This document shows, piece after piece, positions 1 through 8,791 of a stretch of 64,000 nucleotides of DNA (the first letter of the stretch is position 1; each line of letters starts with the position of its first letter). Location: NCBI GenBank assembly GCA_963677235.2, contig CAXXPP010000004.1:1505888-1569887 (forward strand). The letters are read 5' to 3'. The DNA comes from an uncultured Draconibacterium sp. (GTDB lineage Bacteria; Bacteroidota; Bacteroidia; Bacteroidales; Prolixibacteraceae). Under the pieces are notes generated by a model, which was not told where the DNA came from, searched no databases, and saw only the letters and a list, made by a program, of their open reading frames with translations. The translations under genes and the position numbers were made by a program.

Positions 1-777
1 CTGTTTCTTGTTGTGGTCCTGGTCGATAATATCTTCAAGTAGGTTTTTTATTTGGACATCAACTTCACTGATTTGTTTTTGTATATGCAAATAGGTTTCC
101 CATTCCTGTTTGAGGGCAAACAGATAATCTTTTCTTCCATTATATTGTAATGCCTTTGCTATTTCTTTTTCAGGTTTACGGCAATTGTAATGCCGGTATT
201 TAGCGAGTTCTATACCCTTGGTTTCACCTTTAATAAATGCATTTATGATTTTTGTTCCGGTTAAACCAACGATGTCGTTTACAACAACATCCAACCTCAT
301 ATTCATTAGCCTGAGGTATTTCTGGACTTTCAAAACTGTTTGCCCGGTTTGTCTTATCAGGTTTTGCCTGTGCCTTGAATAAGTTCTGATTATTTCAGTG
401 GTACTGTCAGGAAGGAAGCTATGGCTCAATAAACCTAAACAATGTAGCTTTTGTATCCATTGGCAATCTTTTATGTCTGTTTTTTTTCCTTTCACGTTTT
501 TAGTTTGTTTCCCATTAACCAGTATCACTTCAAAACCTTCTGCTGTTAATGCACTAAACAAAGTTTGCCAATAAGTACCAGTACTTTCCATCGCAATTGA
601 GGTGATACCATTTTTAGATAACCATCGGCAGAGTTCCTGATGGTCTTCACTATAAACACCAAATTCCCTAATGTCCTGGGCATCCTGTCCAATGGCAACC
701 CAATGGCTTTTGCTTCCTACGTCAATCCCTGCTGCATCAGGGTTGACTACTTCTAAACTCATTTGTTTCTTTCCCAT
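1..777 (-). CDS. IS110 family transposase (DEDD recombinase), 3' part outside the window
   Basis: Manual translation from ATG at 777: MGKKQMSLEVVNPDAAGIDVGSKSHWVAIG...IAMESTGTYWQ, with the GIDV and MESTGxYW motifs of IS110 RuvC-like domains. It is not in the ORF track because it runs off the window edge. Confidence 0.9.
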   Translation of the reverse strand, partial: MGKKQMSLEVVNPDAAGIDVGSKSHWVAIGQDAQDIREFGVYSEDHQELCRWLSKNGITSIAMESTGTYWQTLFSALTAEGFEVILVNGKQTKNVKGKKTDIKDCQWIQKLHCLGLLSHSFLPDSTTEIIRTYSRHRQNLIRQTGQTVLKVQKYLRLMNMRLDVVVNDIVGLTGTKIINAFIKGETKGIELAKYRHYNCRKPEKEIAKALQYNGRKDYLFALKQEWETYLHIQKQISEVDVQIKNLLEDIIDQDHNKKQ

Positions 778-801
778 ATCTTAAATGTTTAAAATGTTAA
801 A

Positions 802-985
802 AAGCTCCAGGGATGTAACTCTTTAACTTTGAAAATATTCCGATCGGGATTCCGTCAACAGACGGATCGCCATTAAACTCTAACCCAGGTCAGTAAAGAA
901 ATATCACTGACTTTTTACATCCTAACCTTGATTGCGCTCGGGTTTAATAAACACCATTGCTTAAACCGGCCTTAACTCGGAGCTC
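802..985 (-). ncRNA. Putative IS110 bridge RNA in the left non-coding end
   Basis: Structured leader upstream of the IS110 transposase: closing stem GAGCTCC/GGAGCTT, inner stems GGTTTAA/TTAAACC, GGATGTAA/TTACATCC, GTCAGT/ACTGAC and TCCGTC/GACGGA. Boundaries are approximate. Confidence 0.55.
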
Positions 986-1042
986 AATGCTAAGATAATC
1001 CGTTAGCACAAAAACTCAACTGTTTTACAACCAGTAGGAGGA

Positions 1043-2356
1043 TGTTCGTTAAGGCAGATGGTTAACAAAGTTAAAGTCACATAAGTTACACTAAATTTGT
1101 ACTCAGCCTTGTAATATTTTGTTTAACACGAATATCTTTTTCATTAAAGTAACCTAAAAATACATTACGGTAAAATACTTTCCAAACCCCGTTTCCAATT
1201 TCTTCAGCAGCTACTTGTCTACCTATCAATCCACTTGACATATACACCCAGTAATAAGCTTTCCAGCGCATTGCCCCGCTTTTTGAAACATTCATTGTTT
1301 TCATGTGTGCAGGATAGATATATGGTTTAATTTTCTCAGGGAAAGGCTTGTTTGAGAATTGGTGGGCCTGAGCAGGGGTTTTCATATCCAGAGCTTCATG
1401 TGGCCTTATTGAGTTATATTCTTTTACAAAATAGTTCAATTTCCTTTGTTGAGAACGTAAATCGAATGCTGAAGGGGCTGCACAGGCTGCTTTCAGGTCT
1501 CTGTGCATGCGTTCGTGCCTTCCGTTCTGTTCGGGGTGGGCGGGGTCTGAAAACACGGGGAGTATTCCCAGGTCGATAAACCAGTACGACAATGTGGTAA
1601 AGCGCTGGATGGCGGATACGGAGCCAAAGGGGATGCCGTTGTCGGTATGTACCTGTTTTGGCAGTCCGAACTTTCTGAACACCCTTGTAAACTCTTCTTT
1701 TACGGATTTGTAATTTTCTTTGTGATGAGCTTTTGCAGTAAACAGGAACCGGCTTTTAGAGTCGGCAATAGTTAAGGGGTGACAGTATTTTTTGTTGCCC
1801 ATTAAAAATTTGCCCTTGTAATCGGCACTCCAAACTTCGTTGCAGTCTTTTGGGTCAAATATCGGGTACAGGGGTTTTACCCTACGCAAGCGTTTTTGGG
1901 GGCATACCAGTCCGTTTCGTGATAAAATGTTGTGAACCGTAACCACCGAGGGGATTTGGTTTTCAGGAAAGTCGTTAAACAATAATATCCTTAATTTTTT
2001 AGCTCCCCAACGTTGATGTTTATCCTTTAAACATAGAATTCTTTTTTCTATTTCTTTGTTTGTCAGGTTGGGGTGGTTTATAGGTGCTTTATCCTTCATA
2101 CGGAGGCCTTCAATACCAAATTTTTCATAGCGCTGAATCATCCTGTACGCAGTTGTCCTGGATATTCCGAATCCGTTACATAACTCTGTGATAGTATATT
2201 TTCCAGAGTTCCATTCACAAATAAATTCTACTTTTTCTTCCATAATAGTTTTTTCTTTCCAAGGCATGGCAATTTGATTTTTATGTCAAATTACAAACTT
2301 TGAAAAGTGTAAACTATGTCCCTTTAACTTTGTAACGGATGTCCCTTTATCGTACC
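1043..2356 (-). mobile_element. IS481 family insertion sequence
   Basis: Imperfect ~50 bp terminal inverted repeats (TGTTCGTTAAGGCAGATGGTTAACAAAGTTAAAGTCACATAAGTTACAC versus reverse complement GGTACGATAAAGGGACATCCGTTACAAAGTTAAAGGGACATAGTTTACAC) flank a DDE transposase. GGA on both sides is a possible 3-bp duplication. Confidence 0.8.
1086..2267 (-). CDS. IS481 family transposase
   Basis: MPWKE N-terminus with HTH; integrase core WSADYKG...HTDNG...PEQNGRHERMH...YNSIRPHEAL. Confidence 0.92.
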   Translation of the reverse strand: MPWKEKTIMEEKVEFICEWNSGKYTITELCNGFGISRTTAYRMIQRYEKFGIEGLRMKDKAPINHPNLTNKEIEKRILCLKDKHQRWGAKKLRILLFNDFPENQIPSVVTVHNILSRNGLVCPQKRLRRVKPLYPIFDPKDCNEVWSADYKGKFLMGNKKYCHPLTIADSKSRFLFTAKAHHKENYKSVKEEFTRVFRKFGLPKQVHTDNGIPFGSVSAIQRFTTLSYWFIDLGILPVFSDPAHPEQNGRHERMHRDLKAACAAPSAFDLRSQQRKLNYFVKEYNSIRPHEALDMKTPAQAHQFSNKPFPEKIKPYIYPAHMKTMNVSKSGAMRWKAYYWVYMSSGLIGRQVAAEEIGNGVWKVFYRNVFLGYFNEKDIRVKQNITRLSTNLV

Positions 2357-2364
2357 GGATTGCT

Positions 2365-2495
2365 GCTAACGGTTGGTACATGTTGTCGGGGTGGATTTCG
2401 GAGAGCGTTCCTGTCCGAAGGACACGGAACTGCGATGCGAGAATCCGCAGTTGGCGTACCAGCGAACCCCGCCCTGCAATATGTATTGTGTTAGC
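2365..2495 (-). repeat. attC-like site, family A (131 bp)
   Basis: GCTAAC-GGTTG-GTACATGTTG...CAATATGTAT-TGT-GTTAGC with inner GTTCCTGTCC-GAA-GGACACGGAAC hairpin. Near-identical copies at 8182, 9298, 15181 and 16381. Confidence 0.85.
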
Positions 2496-2504
2496 GGTAG
2501 TAAT

Positions 2505-3287
2505 TTAGTTGTCAATATTGTTTTGTTTTGCCCATTTATTTTCGATTTGATTAAATTTTATACCGTAAATTTTTTCAAAAATCATTTTATTCTTGTCACT
2601 ATTTGAATTGGATAATGATTTATATAACTCAAGGAATTTTTGTTTGCCGAATTCCTTGATTAAGAATTCAACAAAAGATGCCGACGTGCAATATGCTAAA
2701 TTATCACCAATATCATTATATGAAAGCAGAGTTGAGATAGTCAGCACTTTTTCGTTTTTGTTAAACAACAAAAGAATCTCATTAATACTTTTTGTTGGGT
2801 AACCAATTAATCTTGAAAAAGCTTTGTCTCCGTATAACTGAGAAAGATAAATAGCAGTACCCTCATCAATCAATGCAGGAGGTTCATTAAGTGTATATCC
2901 AATAACATGCGCCAACTCATGATATGGGTCAATTTGTATTGAATCATTAAAAACCTCAACAATATTATTGTCAAATCCCCACCCAAAACCTTTATGACCA
3001 GTAAGATTATACTTTATTTGCTCATTTTTGAAAAGAAAAATATTGATGGATAAATTTGTTTTAATTTCAAAAAAATTGGAAATCTCTCCATAAGCAGATT
3101 CCCTTTCAATTAGAAAATGAGACTTTGATTTCTCACTTAGATGCCCCTCAAAAGTGTATAGATTGAAATGTTCAGAAGATATTGATGTAAAAAGGGAATC
3201 TTTGTTTAATAACCATTTTTTCTCTTGTCCATTGTCGCTACAGTGAATGAAGATTAGAAAGATTAATATTAATATCCAATTTCTCAT
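2505..3287 (-). CDS. Cassette 1: lipoprotein with gluzincin/peptidase MA-like motif
   Basis: Signal MRNWILILIFLIFIHC (start moved from 3329); HELAH followed by a downstream EGxAxYL. Confidence 0.65.
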   Translation of the reverse strand: MRNWILILIFLIFIHCSDNGQEKKWLLNKDSLFTSISSEHFNLYTFEGHLSEKSKSHFLIERESAYGEISNFFEIKTNLSINIFLFKNEQIKYNLTGHKGFGWGFDNNIVEVFNDSIQIDPYHELAHVIGYTLNEPPALIDEGTAIYLSQLYGDKAFSRLIGYPTKSINEILLLFNKNEKVLTISTLLSYNDIGDNLAYCTSASFVEFLIKEFGKQKFLELYKSLSNSNSDKNKMIFEKIYGIKFNQIENKWAKQNNIDN

Positions 3288-3483
3288 TGATTCGCTTTTA
3301 TTATTCTGACTAACGTTAAAATTAGTCATTGATTTTCAGTTGTTTAACTTTTACTCAAATTTATCATTTTTTAGCTTATTTTCGCAACCCATTTTACGTT
3401 AGCAACAGGATTTAATCAGCTCTGTAAGATTAGATAATTTCATTTGTTTTTCTAATCAGGAAGTGCTTATACGGCGAATTACC

Positions 3484-3614
3484 GCTAACGGTGGTGGTAT
3501 GAGGTCGTGGCGGTCAGACGAGAGTCTGACCAGTCCGACCGAAACAGAGGTTGGGACGAGATTCGACTTGTCGAATCCGCACAAACCCAGCCATGCCTTA
3601 TACCACGTGTTAGC
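3484..3614 (-). repeat. attC-like site, family B (131 bp)
   Basis: GCTAAC-GGTG-GTGGTATGAGGTCGTGGC...GCCATGCCTTATACCAC-GT-GTTAGC with three inner hairpins. Copies at 5171, 5775, 10637 and 12268. Confidence 0.85.
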
Positions 3615-3632
3615 CTTAGTTTTTTTCTTTTC

Positions 3633-3956
3633 TTAGTCAATATAAGTTTCTTTTAAAACCGACTTTAATTCTTGAATTTCAGAATCATGTAATCCTCCAA
3701 AAATCTTGATGATTCGTTGCTTGTCAATTGTACGAATTTGGTCTAAAACAATCCATCCAATTTTATTGTCATGTTTTATTTTAACTCTTGTCGGATATTT
3801 TTTAGAACTTGTTGTCATCGGAGCAATTACAACTGTCCGCAAATATTTATTCATCTCATTGGGAGAAATTACCACACAAGGTCTGGTCTTTTTGATTTCA
3901 CTCCCAATTGTCGGGTCAAGATTGACTAAAATGATTTGATATTGTTTTATTTCCAT
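3633..3956 (-). CDS. mazF: Cassette 2: PemK/MazF family toxin
   Basis: LVNLDPTIGSEIKKTRPCVVISP...LDQIRTIDKQRI signature. Confidence 0.92.
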   Translation of the reverse strand: MEIKQYQIILVNLDPTIGSEIKKTRPCVVISPNEMNKYLRTVVIAPMTTSSKKYPTRVKIKHDNKIGWIVLDQIRTIDKQRIIKIFGGLHDSEIQELKSVLKETYID

Positions 3957-4192
3957 TCTTCCAGGTTTTCATCGTCAAATACATCATCAATCAATAAATT
4001 GTCATCTCCATTTTTAGCCATTTTTTCAAAAGCTTTTTCCCATCCTTTTCGGGGTTTTGAAATTGGTTTTATGATAATCTGTCCTTTATCCATTATTAAA
4101 TCAACAGTGTCTTTGATGTTGTATCTGTCAAGTAGAGTTTTGCTCAACCTAATCCCCTTTGAATTTCCGATTTTTATAACTGAAATTTCCAT
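3947..4192 (-). CDS. mazE: Cassette 2: AbrB/MazE family antitoxin
   Basis: VIKIGNSKGIRL AbrB motif; lies upstream of and overlaps the toxin. Confidence 0.9.
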   Translation of the reverse strand: MEISVIKIGNSKGIRLSKTLLDRYNIKDTVDLIMDKGQIIIKPISKPRKGWEKAFEKMAKNGDDNLLIDDVFDDENLEEWK

Positions 4193-4208
4193 AACTGAAT
4201 TTTTAAAT

Positions 4209-4247
4209 GTGTAATTACAAAGTTATAACATTTTATCGAATTTCAAA
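4209..4247 (-). promoter_or_regulatory. Bacteroidota sigma-A promoter and palindromic operator of the mazEF cassette
   Basis: TTTG-N18-TAACTTTG overlapping the palindrome TGTAATTACA. Confidence 0.6.
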
Positions 4248-4253
4248 ATTAAG

Positions 4254-4444
4254 GCTAACGGTTGGTGCAAGTGGAGTGCGGGGCTTTGAAACGGTTACCT
4301 GTCCAAGTTTGCAGGGAGCCAAGCCGGCGCAGCACTAAATTTCATTTTAAACCGTCATCCGTCAAAGACGGATTGGCGGTGGTTGAACAATGCGAAAACA
4401 ATGGAATACCACGCCTGCCCGCATTACATTTGCACTGTGTTACC
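4254..4444 (-). repeat. attC-like site, family C (191 bp)
   Basis: GCTAAC-GGTTG-GTGCAAGTGGAGTGCGGG...CCCGCATTACATTTGCAC-TGT-GTTACC; single copy in the window. Confidence 0.8.
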
Positions 4445-4453
4445 GCAAGTATT

Positions 4454-4744
4454 TTATATTTCAATCGAGATGTTTACTTTTCCCCCAAGTCCTTTCTCAA
4501 CAATGTCGTACAATGTTTTTAAAGTCAGATTACTTCCATTGTTTTCAACTCTTGAGATGTAAGTCCGTTTTTTCTCCAATTTTTCAGCCAACTGACTTTG
4601 GGTCATATTTTTTAGTTCTCGTGCCTCTCTTAATTTTAACCCAATTTGAAAAGCTTCAAAGTCTCTTTCTAATTCATCTCGTCTCTCAGTGCCTTTTTCT
4701 CCGTAGACTCTATCTTTTATTTCAGACCAACTTGTTGTATTCAT
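4454..4744 (-). CDS. higA: Cassette 3: XRE-family HTH antitoxin (HigA-like)
   Basis: LREARELKNMTQSQLAEKL...YISRVEN HTH, downstream of a RelE-like toxin. Confidence 0.85.
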   Translation of the reverse strand: MNTTSWSEIKDRVYGEKGTERRDELERDFEAFQIGLKLREARELKNMTQSQLAEKLEKKRTYISRVENNGSNLTLKTLYDIVEKGLGGKVNISIEI

Positions 4745-5097
4745 TTTTTGTCCTCCTTTTGTTTTTCAATGAAATATTCAGACATTAATCGAGTTGCTTT
4801 TTCAATCTCTTTTTTGGGTGTCTTTTGAGTTTTCTTTTGGAATCCATTTAATAGAATTACAAGTTTTCCCTCGTCAAAAAAGCAAAATACTCTCCAAATA
4901 TTTGAACCTAATTTAATTCTCGCTTCAAAAAGTCCAGGTGTTCCAGCAATATATTTAAAGTATTGAGTAGGAATCCTTTCGTAAGTTTCAATAATCTCAA
5001 TGACTTTATAAATTTTATTCTGGATTTTAATCGGTTGTTTACTCAGAAAATCCTCAAAATAATTTCGATATGCAATTACCTCCCTGACTTTTTTCAT
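4741..5097 (-). CDS. higB: Cassette 3: RelE/ParE (HigB/Gp49-like) toxin
   Basis: GLFEARI...RVFCFFD...ILLNGFQKKTQKTPKKEIEKA signature; toxin-first gene order. Confidence 0.88.
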   Translation of the reverse strand: MKKVREVIAYRNYFEDFLSKQPIKIQNKIYKVIEIIETYERIPTQYFKYIAGTPGLFEARIKLGSNIWRVFCFFDEGKLVILLNGFQKKTQKTPKKEIEKATRLMSEYFIEKQKEDKK

Positions 5098-5101
5098 ATG
5101 A

Positions 5102-5132
5102 CAAAGGTAACTTATAAGTTTCCTATTTCAAA
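5102..5132 (-). promoter_or_regulatory. Promoter and operator of the higBA cassette
   Basis: TTTG-N19-TACCTTTG ending 4 nt before the ATG (probably leaderless); palindrome AACTTATAAGTT between the elements. Confidence 0.65.
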
Positions 5133-5170
5133 ATATTGTAAATTAGAATTTGCTTCGTTTCAATATTTGC

Positions 5171-5301
5171 GGTAACGGTGGTGGTATGAGGTCGTGGCGG
5201 TCAGACAAGAGTCTGGCCAGTCCGACCGAAACTGAGGTTGGGACGAGATTCGACTTGTCGAATCCGCGCAAACCCAGCCATGACTTATACCACGTGTTAC
5301 C
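5171..5301 (-). repeat. attC-like site, family B (131 bp)
   Basis: GGTAAC...GTTACC; family B body. Confidence 0.85.
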
Positions 5302-5774
5302 GGTAGGTTTTTATTATTCATCGTCAGTTTGTTAACAATATAAAAGTATCATTTTCAGCGCAAAAGTCTCAAGTAATTACTTCGCATTTTTATTTTTTTT
5401 CTTAACCCCCAAAGTCAAAACCAGCTTGTGGGCCAGCAGGTAACCACCGAAAATTGCCCCGCCGGGACGTAGGCCAAACCAGCCCGGGTTTTAGCCGCTG
5501 GCGAAAAACTTGCTGCTTCCGGCCAGCCCTGCCAATTTAATTTCCTGTCAGGTACGAAACGGCCAAAAACCAAACTGTCAAACAACTACTGGCTGTTCTT
5601 AAAAACGTACTGCACAGTCAGGTTGCAAAGCAGTTTTGGCAAATTGTCAAACTGCGAAAATTGGCAACAGCACTAAACTTTATTTTGCAAGTTTTGTGAC
5701 AGCGATTTTCGGGCGGACAAAAAACCAAAGAACGGACGTTTCAGATAACCACCATTTTTTTCTTCAAACTTACC
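5302..5774. other. Cassette 4: ORF-less cassette
   Basis: Bounded by complementary ends GTTACCGGTAGGTTT / AAACTTACCGGTAAC. No internal ORF of 60 aa or more in the track; GC-rich centre. Confidence 0.7.
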
Positions 5775-5905
5775 GGTAACGGTGGTGGTATGAGGTCGTG
5801 GCTGTCAGACGAGAGTCTGACCAGTCCGACCGAAACTGAGGTTGGGACGAGATTCGACTTGTCGAATCCGCACGAACCCAGCCATGACTTATACCACGTG
5901 TTAGC
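5775..5905 (-). repeat. attC-like site, family B (131 bp)
   Basis: GGTAAC...GTTAGC; family B body. Confidence 0.85.
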
Positions 5906-5913
5906 GAAAATAC

Positions 5914-6774
5914 TTAATTTACAAATTGTACTATTTTATCTCTTAAAAAGTGTAAGGTTTCAAATCTACATTCTCGCGCTAATCTATAACATGCAGAGTA
6001 GTGCTCAGGCATTTTTTTAAGATTAAATTCCTTCTTCAAATCTTGTAATAGAATAAATAGGATTGATTTACCACATATGTTATTTTTTACGATACCACTT
6101 TCTTTCCAAAAACTAATATTTTGCTCAATTGCGCCTTCTAAGTCAATAAATAGGTCATTTTCTGAGATGTATTGATTTAATACTTTTTTGTAATTAGTTA
6201 TTTTATCTTGACACAACTCAAGTTTGTTATTTTGAAGGAATCGACTAATATGTAAACTTGAATTCTCAAAAGGAAGCGAAAAATGTTGAACTATATAAAA
6301 TAAAGAATTCACGTATAACAACTTATTTAAAATATCATTCATTCGCTCTTCAAATGAATACTTTTCTTTTATTTCTTTTCGTCTTATTTTAGGATTTTCT
6401 GAGACAACAAACTCAATAACTGACACTTCTTCAAATAAGTAATTTTCAATGCAATATCTATCTAAGTAGAAAAGATTTGAAATATTTTCAATTCGGTTGT
6501 GAAGGTCGTCAAAATCTTTATCAACAATAAATATTCGATTCTTAGCTCCTTCATACTCTTTGGCACAATTGATAACATTTTGTTTGCCATTTAATGGAAA
6601 TATCTTTTCAATGCTAATATCGGGGAATATTTTTTTTAGAATTTGATGATAAAGCTCTTCTAATTCAGTGTCTTCTATGTAAAAACTCACTTCATTAAAT
6701 TGCTCCCAAAAAATATCTTGCCCATACAGATAAGATTCAGAGAAACTAGGGAAACTTTCGTCTATTGTAATCAT
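5914..6774 (-). CDS. Cassette 5: DUF4435/TOPRIM-like protein (PARIS AriB-like)
   Basis: FYIED...GKQNVI...IVDKDFD...YCIENY motifs; directly downstream of an ABC-type ATPase. Confidence 0.75.
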   Translation of the reverse strand: MITIDESFPSFSESYLYGQDIFWEQFNEVSFYIEDTELEELYHQILKKIFPDISIEKIFPLNGKQNVINCAKEYEGAKNRIFIVDKDFDDLHNRIENISNLFYLDRYCIENYLFEEVSVIEFVVSENPKIRRKEIKEKYSFEERMNDILNKLLYVNSLFYIVQHFSLPFENSSLHISRFLQNNKLELCQDKITNYKKVLNQYISENDLFIDLEGAIEQNISFWKESGIVKNNICGKSILFILLQDLKKEFNLKKMPEHYSACYRLARECRFETLHFLRDKIVQFVN

Positions 6775-6777
6775 ATT

Positions 6778-8130
6778 CTAATTGTTATAGGGGAGTAATA
6801 CTGTACAATATTCTTTCTTTTTACCAACGATTATTGGAGAATGCGTAGCAATCAGAAGCTGTGCATTTTTTGGCATTAGTTTTTCAACATTTGGAAGAAA
6901 ATCTTCTTGCCATTTTGGATGTAAAGAAAGTTCAGGCTCGTCGATAATAAATAAATTACCGTTTTGTGTGTTAAAACTTAAGTAGGTGAAAAGAGTTAGT
7001 ATCTGTTTTTCTCCAGAAGATAAAGTTTCTATATCCCTATTTTCTTCAATAATATTTCTGTCTTTATCGAGAATATTAAATTTTAAATCACCTATATCTT
7101 TTTTAAAAATAATTTCTTTAGAAGAATCCTTAAAGAATCCATTAAGCGTAGTTAAATAGGCTTCGATTTTTTTATAATAAACTTTAGAACGCTTTTCAAA
7201 CAAATCAAACTCTGCCATTAGCATATTAATATTCATGATTTGACTAATATTCATTAAATAAACTAGTGGCATGCTGTCTTTTATTTCCTCAGTCAATATT
7301 GATTTTAGTTCTTTAAAATAATCTTTGATTAAATGTCTTGATTCAACTTCTTTTGCAGTTCTATCTTTATTCGGGAAAACAGACTCTTCAAAATACTTTG
7401 TAATTTTACGTTCTAAATCTGCAAGCTGCCTTTTCGTAATTATAGGCTTTTCCATTAATTCATTTAGTTGGTCTTGCTTATAAACTTTATTGAAGGGAGC
7501 CATCATAATTTTTTCGTTCATGTTAGAATTTAATGTAAGCATCTTACTACTATACATGCTATATTCTCGATTTGCAATTTCTTTAACATTATCAATCGGA
7601 TTTCTTTTTTCAGAAAAACCTCTATGATTTCTTTTGCGTTCACCATCATTTTTATCCTGTAGAAATCTGTCTAAGCCGATTACGATAGGCATTGGTAAAG
7701 TATCGAAAATAAAGCTCCATGTAACAACTTCGTGTTTCTCTGGTCCTAATCCAAGATATTTTTCCCTAAACTCCGCCTTTAGTTTTTCATTTCTAGAAAT
7801 TTTAGAAGGATGTATATGAAAGGTAGCTTGAATAGATTCATATTCCAGGCTTTTAGTTAAGTTGGTTAAAAATAATCTAACTTCTAGCTCATCTTGTGTA
7901 GCTCTTAATTGATAATCTTCATTTCTGAATGTAAAATCAAGAATAAGCTGACTAAATTCAGTAACAGCTAAGTCAGGAAGAGATGGTTTTGTAAGCCAAT
8001 GTAAAATATTTAATATACTAGTTTTTCCAGAACCATTAATGCCTACAAGAAGATTTATATTGTCTTTAAAATCAATAGTTTTATTGATAAAACCATATAA
8101 GTTCTCACAAATTAGCCGTTTTACTTTCAT
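6778..8130 (-). CDS. Cassette 5: AAA_15/AAA_21 ABC-type ATPase (PARIS AriA-like)
   Basis: Walker A GINGSGKT, signature LSSGEKQ, Walker B IIDEPELSLHP, and ATHSP. Confidence 0.85.
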   Translation of the reverse strand: MKVKRLICENLYGFINKTIDFKDNINLLVGINGSGKTSILNILHWLTKPSLPDLAVTEFSQLILDFTFRNEDYQLRATQDELEVRLFLTNLTKSLEYESIQATFHIHPSKISRNEKLKAEFREKYLGLGPEKHEVVTWSFIFDTLPMPIVIGLDRFLQDKNDGERKRNHRGFSEKRNPIDNVKEIANREYSMYSSKMLTLNSNMNEKIMMAPFNKVYKQDQLNELMEKPIITKRQLADLERKITKYFEESVFPNKDRTAKEVESRHLIKDYFKELKSILTEEIKDSMPLVYLMNISQIMNINMLMAEFDLFEKRSKVYYKKIEAYLTTLNGFFKDSSKEIIFKKDIGDLKFNILDKDRNIIEENRDIETLSSGEKQILTLFTYLSFNTQNGNLFIIDEPELSLHPKWQEDFLPNVEKLMPKNAQLLIATHSPIIVGKKKEYCTVLLPYNN

Positions 8131-8181
8131 TATTTTGTTTTTAAATTTTTACTATCAAATTTTTTTCAGGTTAGTATTTTC

Positions 8182-8312
8182 GCTAACGGTGGGTACATGT
8201 TGTCGGGGCGGATTTCGGAGAGCGTTCCTGTCCGAAGGACACGGAACTGCGATGCGAGAATCCGTAGTTGGCGTACCACCAAACCCCGCCCTGCAATATG
8301 TACCGTGTTAGC
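8182..8312 (-). repeat. attC-like site, family A (131 bp)
   Basis: GCTAAC...GTTAGC; family A body. Confidence 0.85.
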
Positions 8313-8322
8313 GGGTCGGTTT

Positions 8323-8754
8323 TTATTGTTTATTTAATTTATATTTATAAAATCCAATTCCTTTTTGGGCAAAAATTATGATTTGGGAATTTTCTTCCTT
8401 TATGTCATATTCTCCATCTAAAACTAAGTTACCGTCAAAGTCAGCATACCACCCATTTTCATCTATAAAAGTGATTTTATTTTCTTTTATCTCAAATTTT
8501 CCACTCCCTCCTGCTGGGATGTAGTTTTCTCCACTCGAACACGAAAAGTTTCCATCTTCAAATTCGATAATTATTTCATTGGAAAGCTCCATTTGGTCAT
8601 AGAAAATTGGGGCTTCTGAATATTCGACAGTAAAAGTTCCGTTGTAAACACCTTTTAAGTCCGAAAAGCTAAGTTCTTCATCTTTGTCACAGCTCACAAA
8701 ACTCAGAATTATAAGTGCAAAGATGAAATTCTTTATTTTAAAACTATATCTCAT
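8323..8754 (-). CDS. Cassette 6: hypothetical lipoprotein
   Basis: MRYSFKIKNFIFALIILSFVSC lipobox; start moved from 8841. Confidence 0.65.
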   Translation of the reverse strand: MRYSFKIKNFIFALIILSFVSCDKDEELSFSDLKGVYNGTFTVEYSEAPIFYDQMELSNEIIIEFEDGNFSCSSGENYIPAGGSGKFEIKENKITFIDENGWYADFDGNLVLDGEYDIKEENSQIIIFAQKGIGFYKYKLNKQ

Positions 8755-8791
8755 TTTTATGATTATTAAATTGTTCTGGGTTGGTTTTATT

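Noticed and set aside
988-1007. GCTAAG...GTTAGC mini-palindrome as an extra attC-like site
   Set aside because: It is only ~20 bp, has no repeat body, and overlaps the probable IS110 leader promoter.
3398-3403. Lone GTTAGC in the cassette 1 leader
   Set aside because: There is no associated stem or partner core; this is expected by chance.
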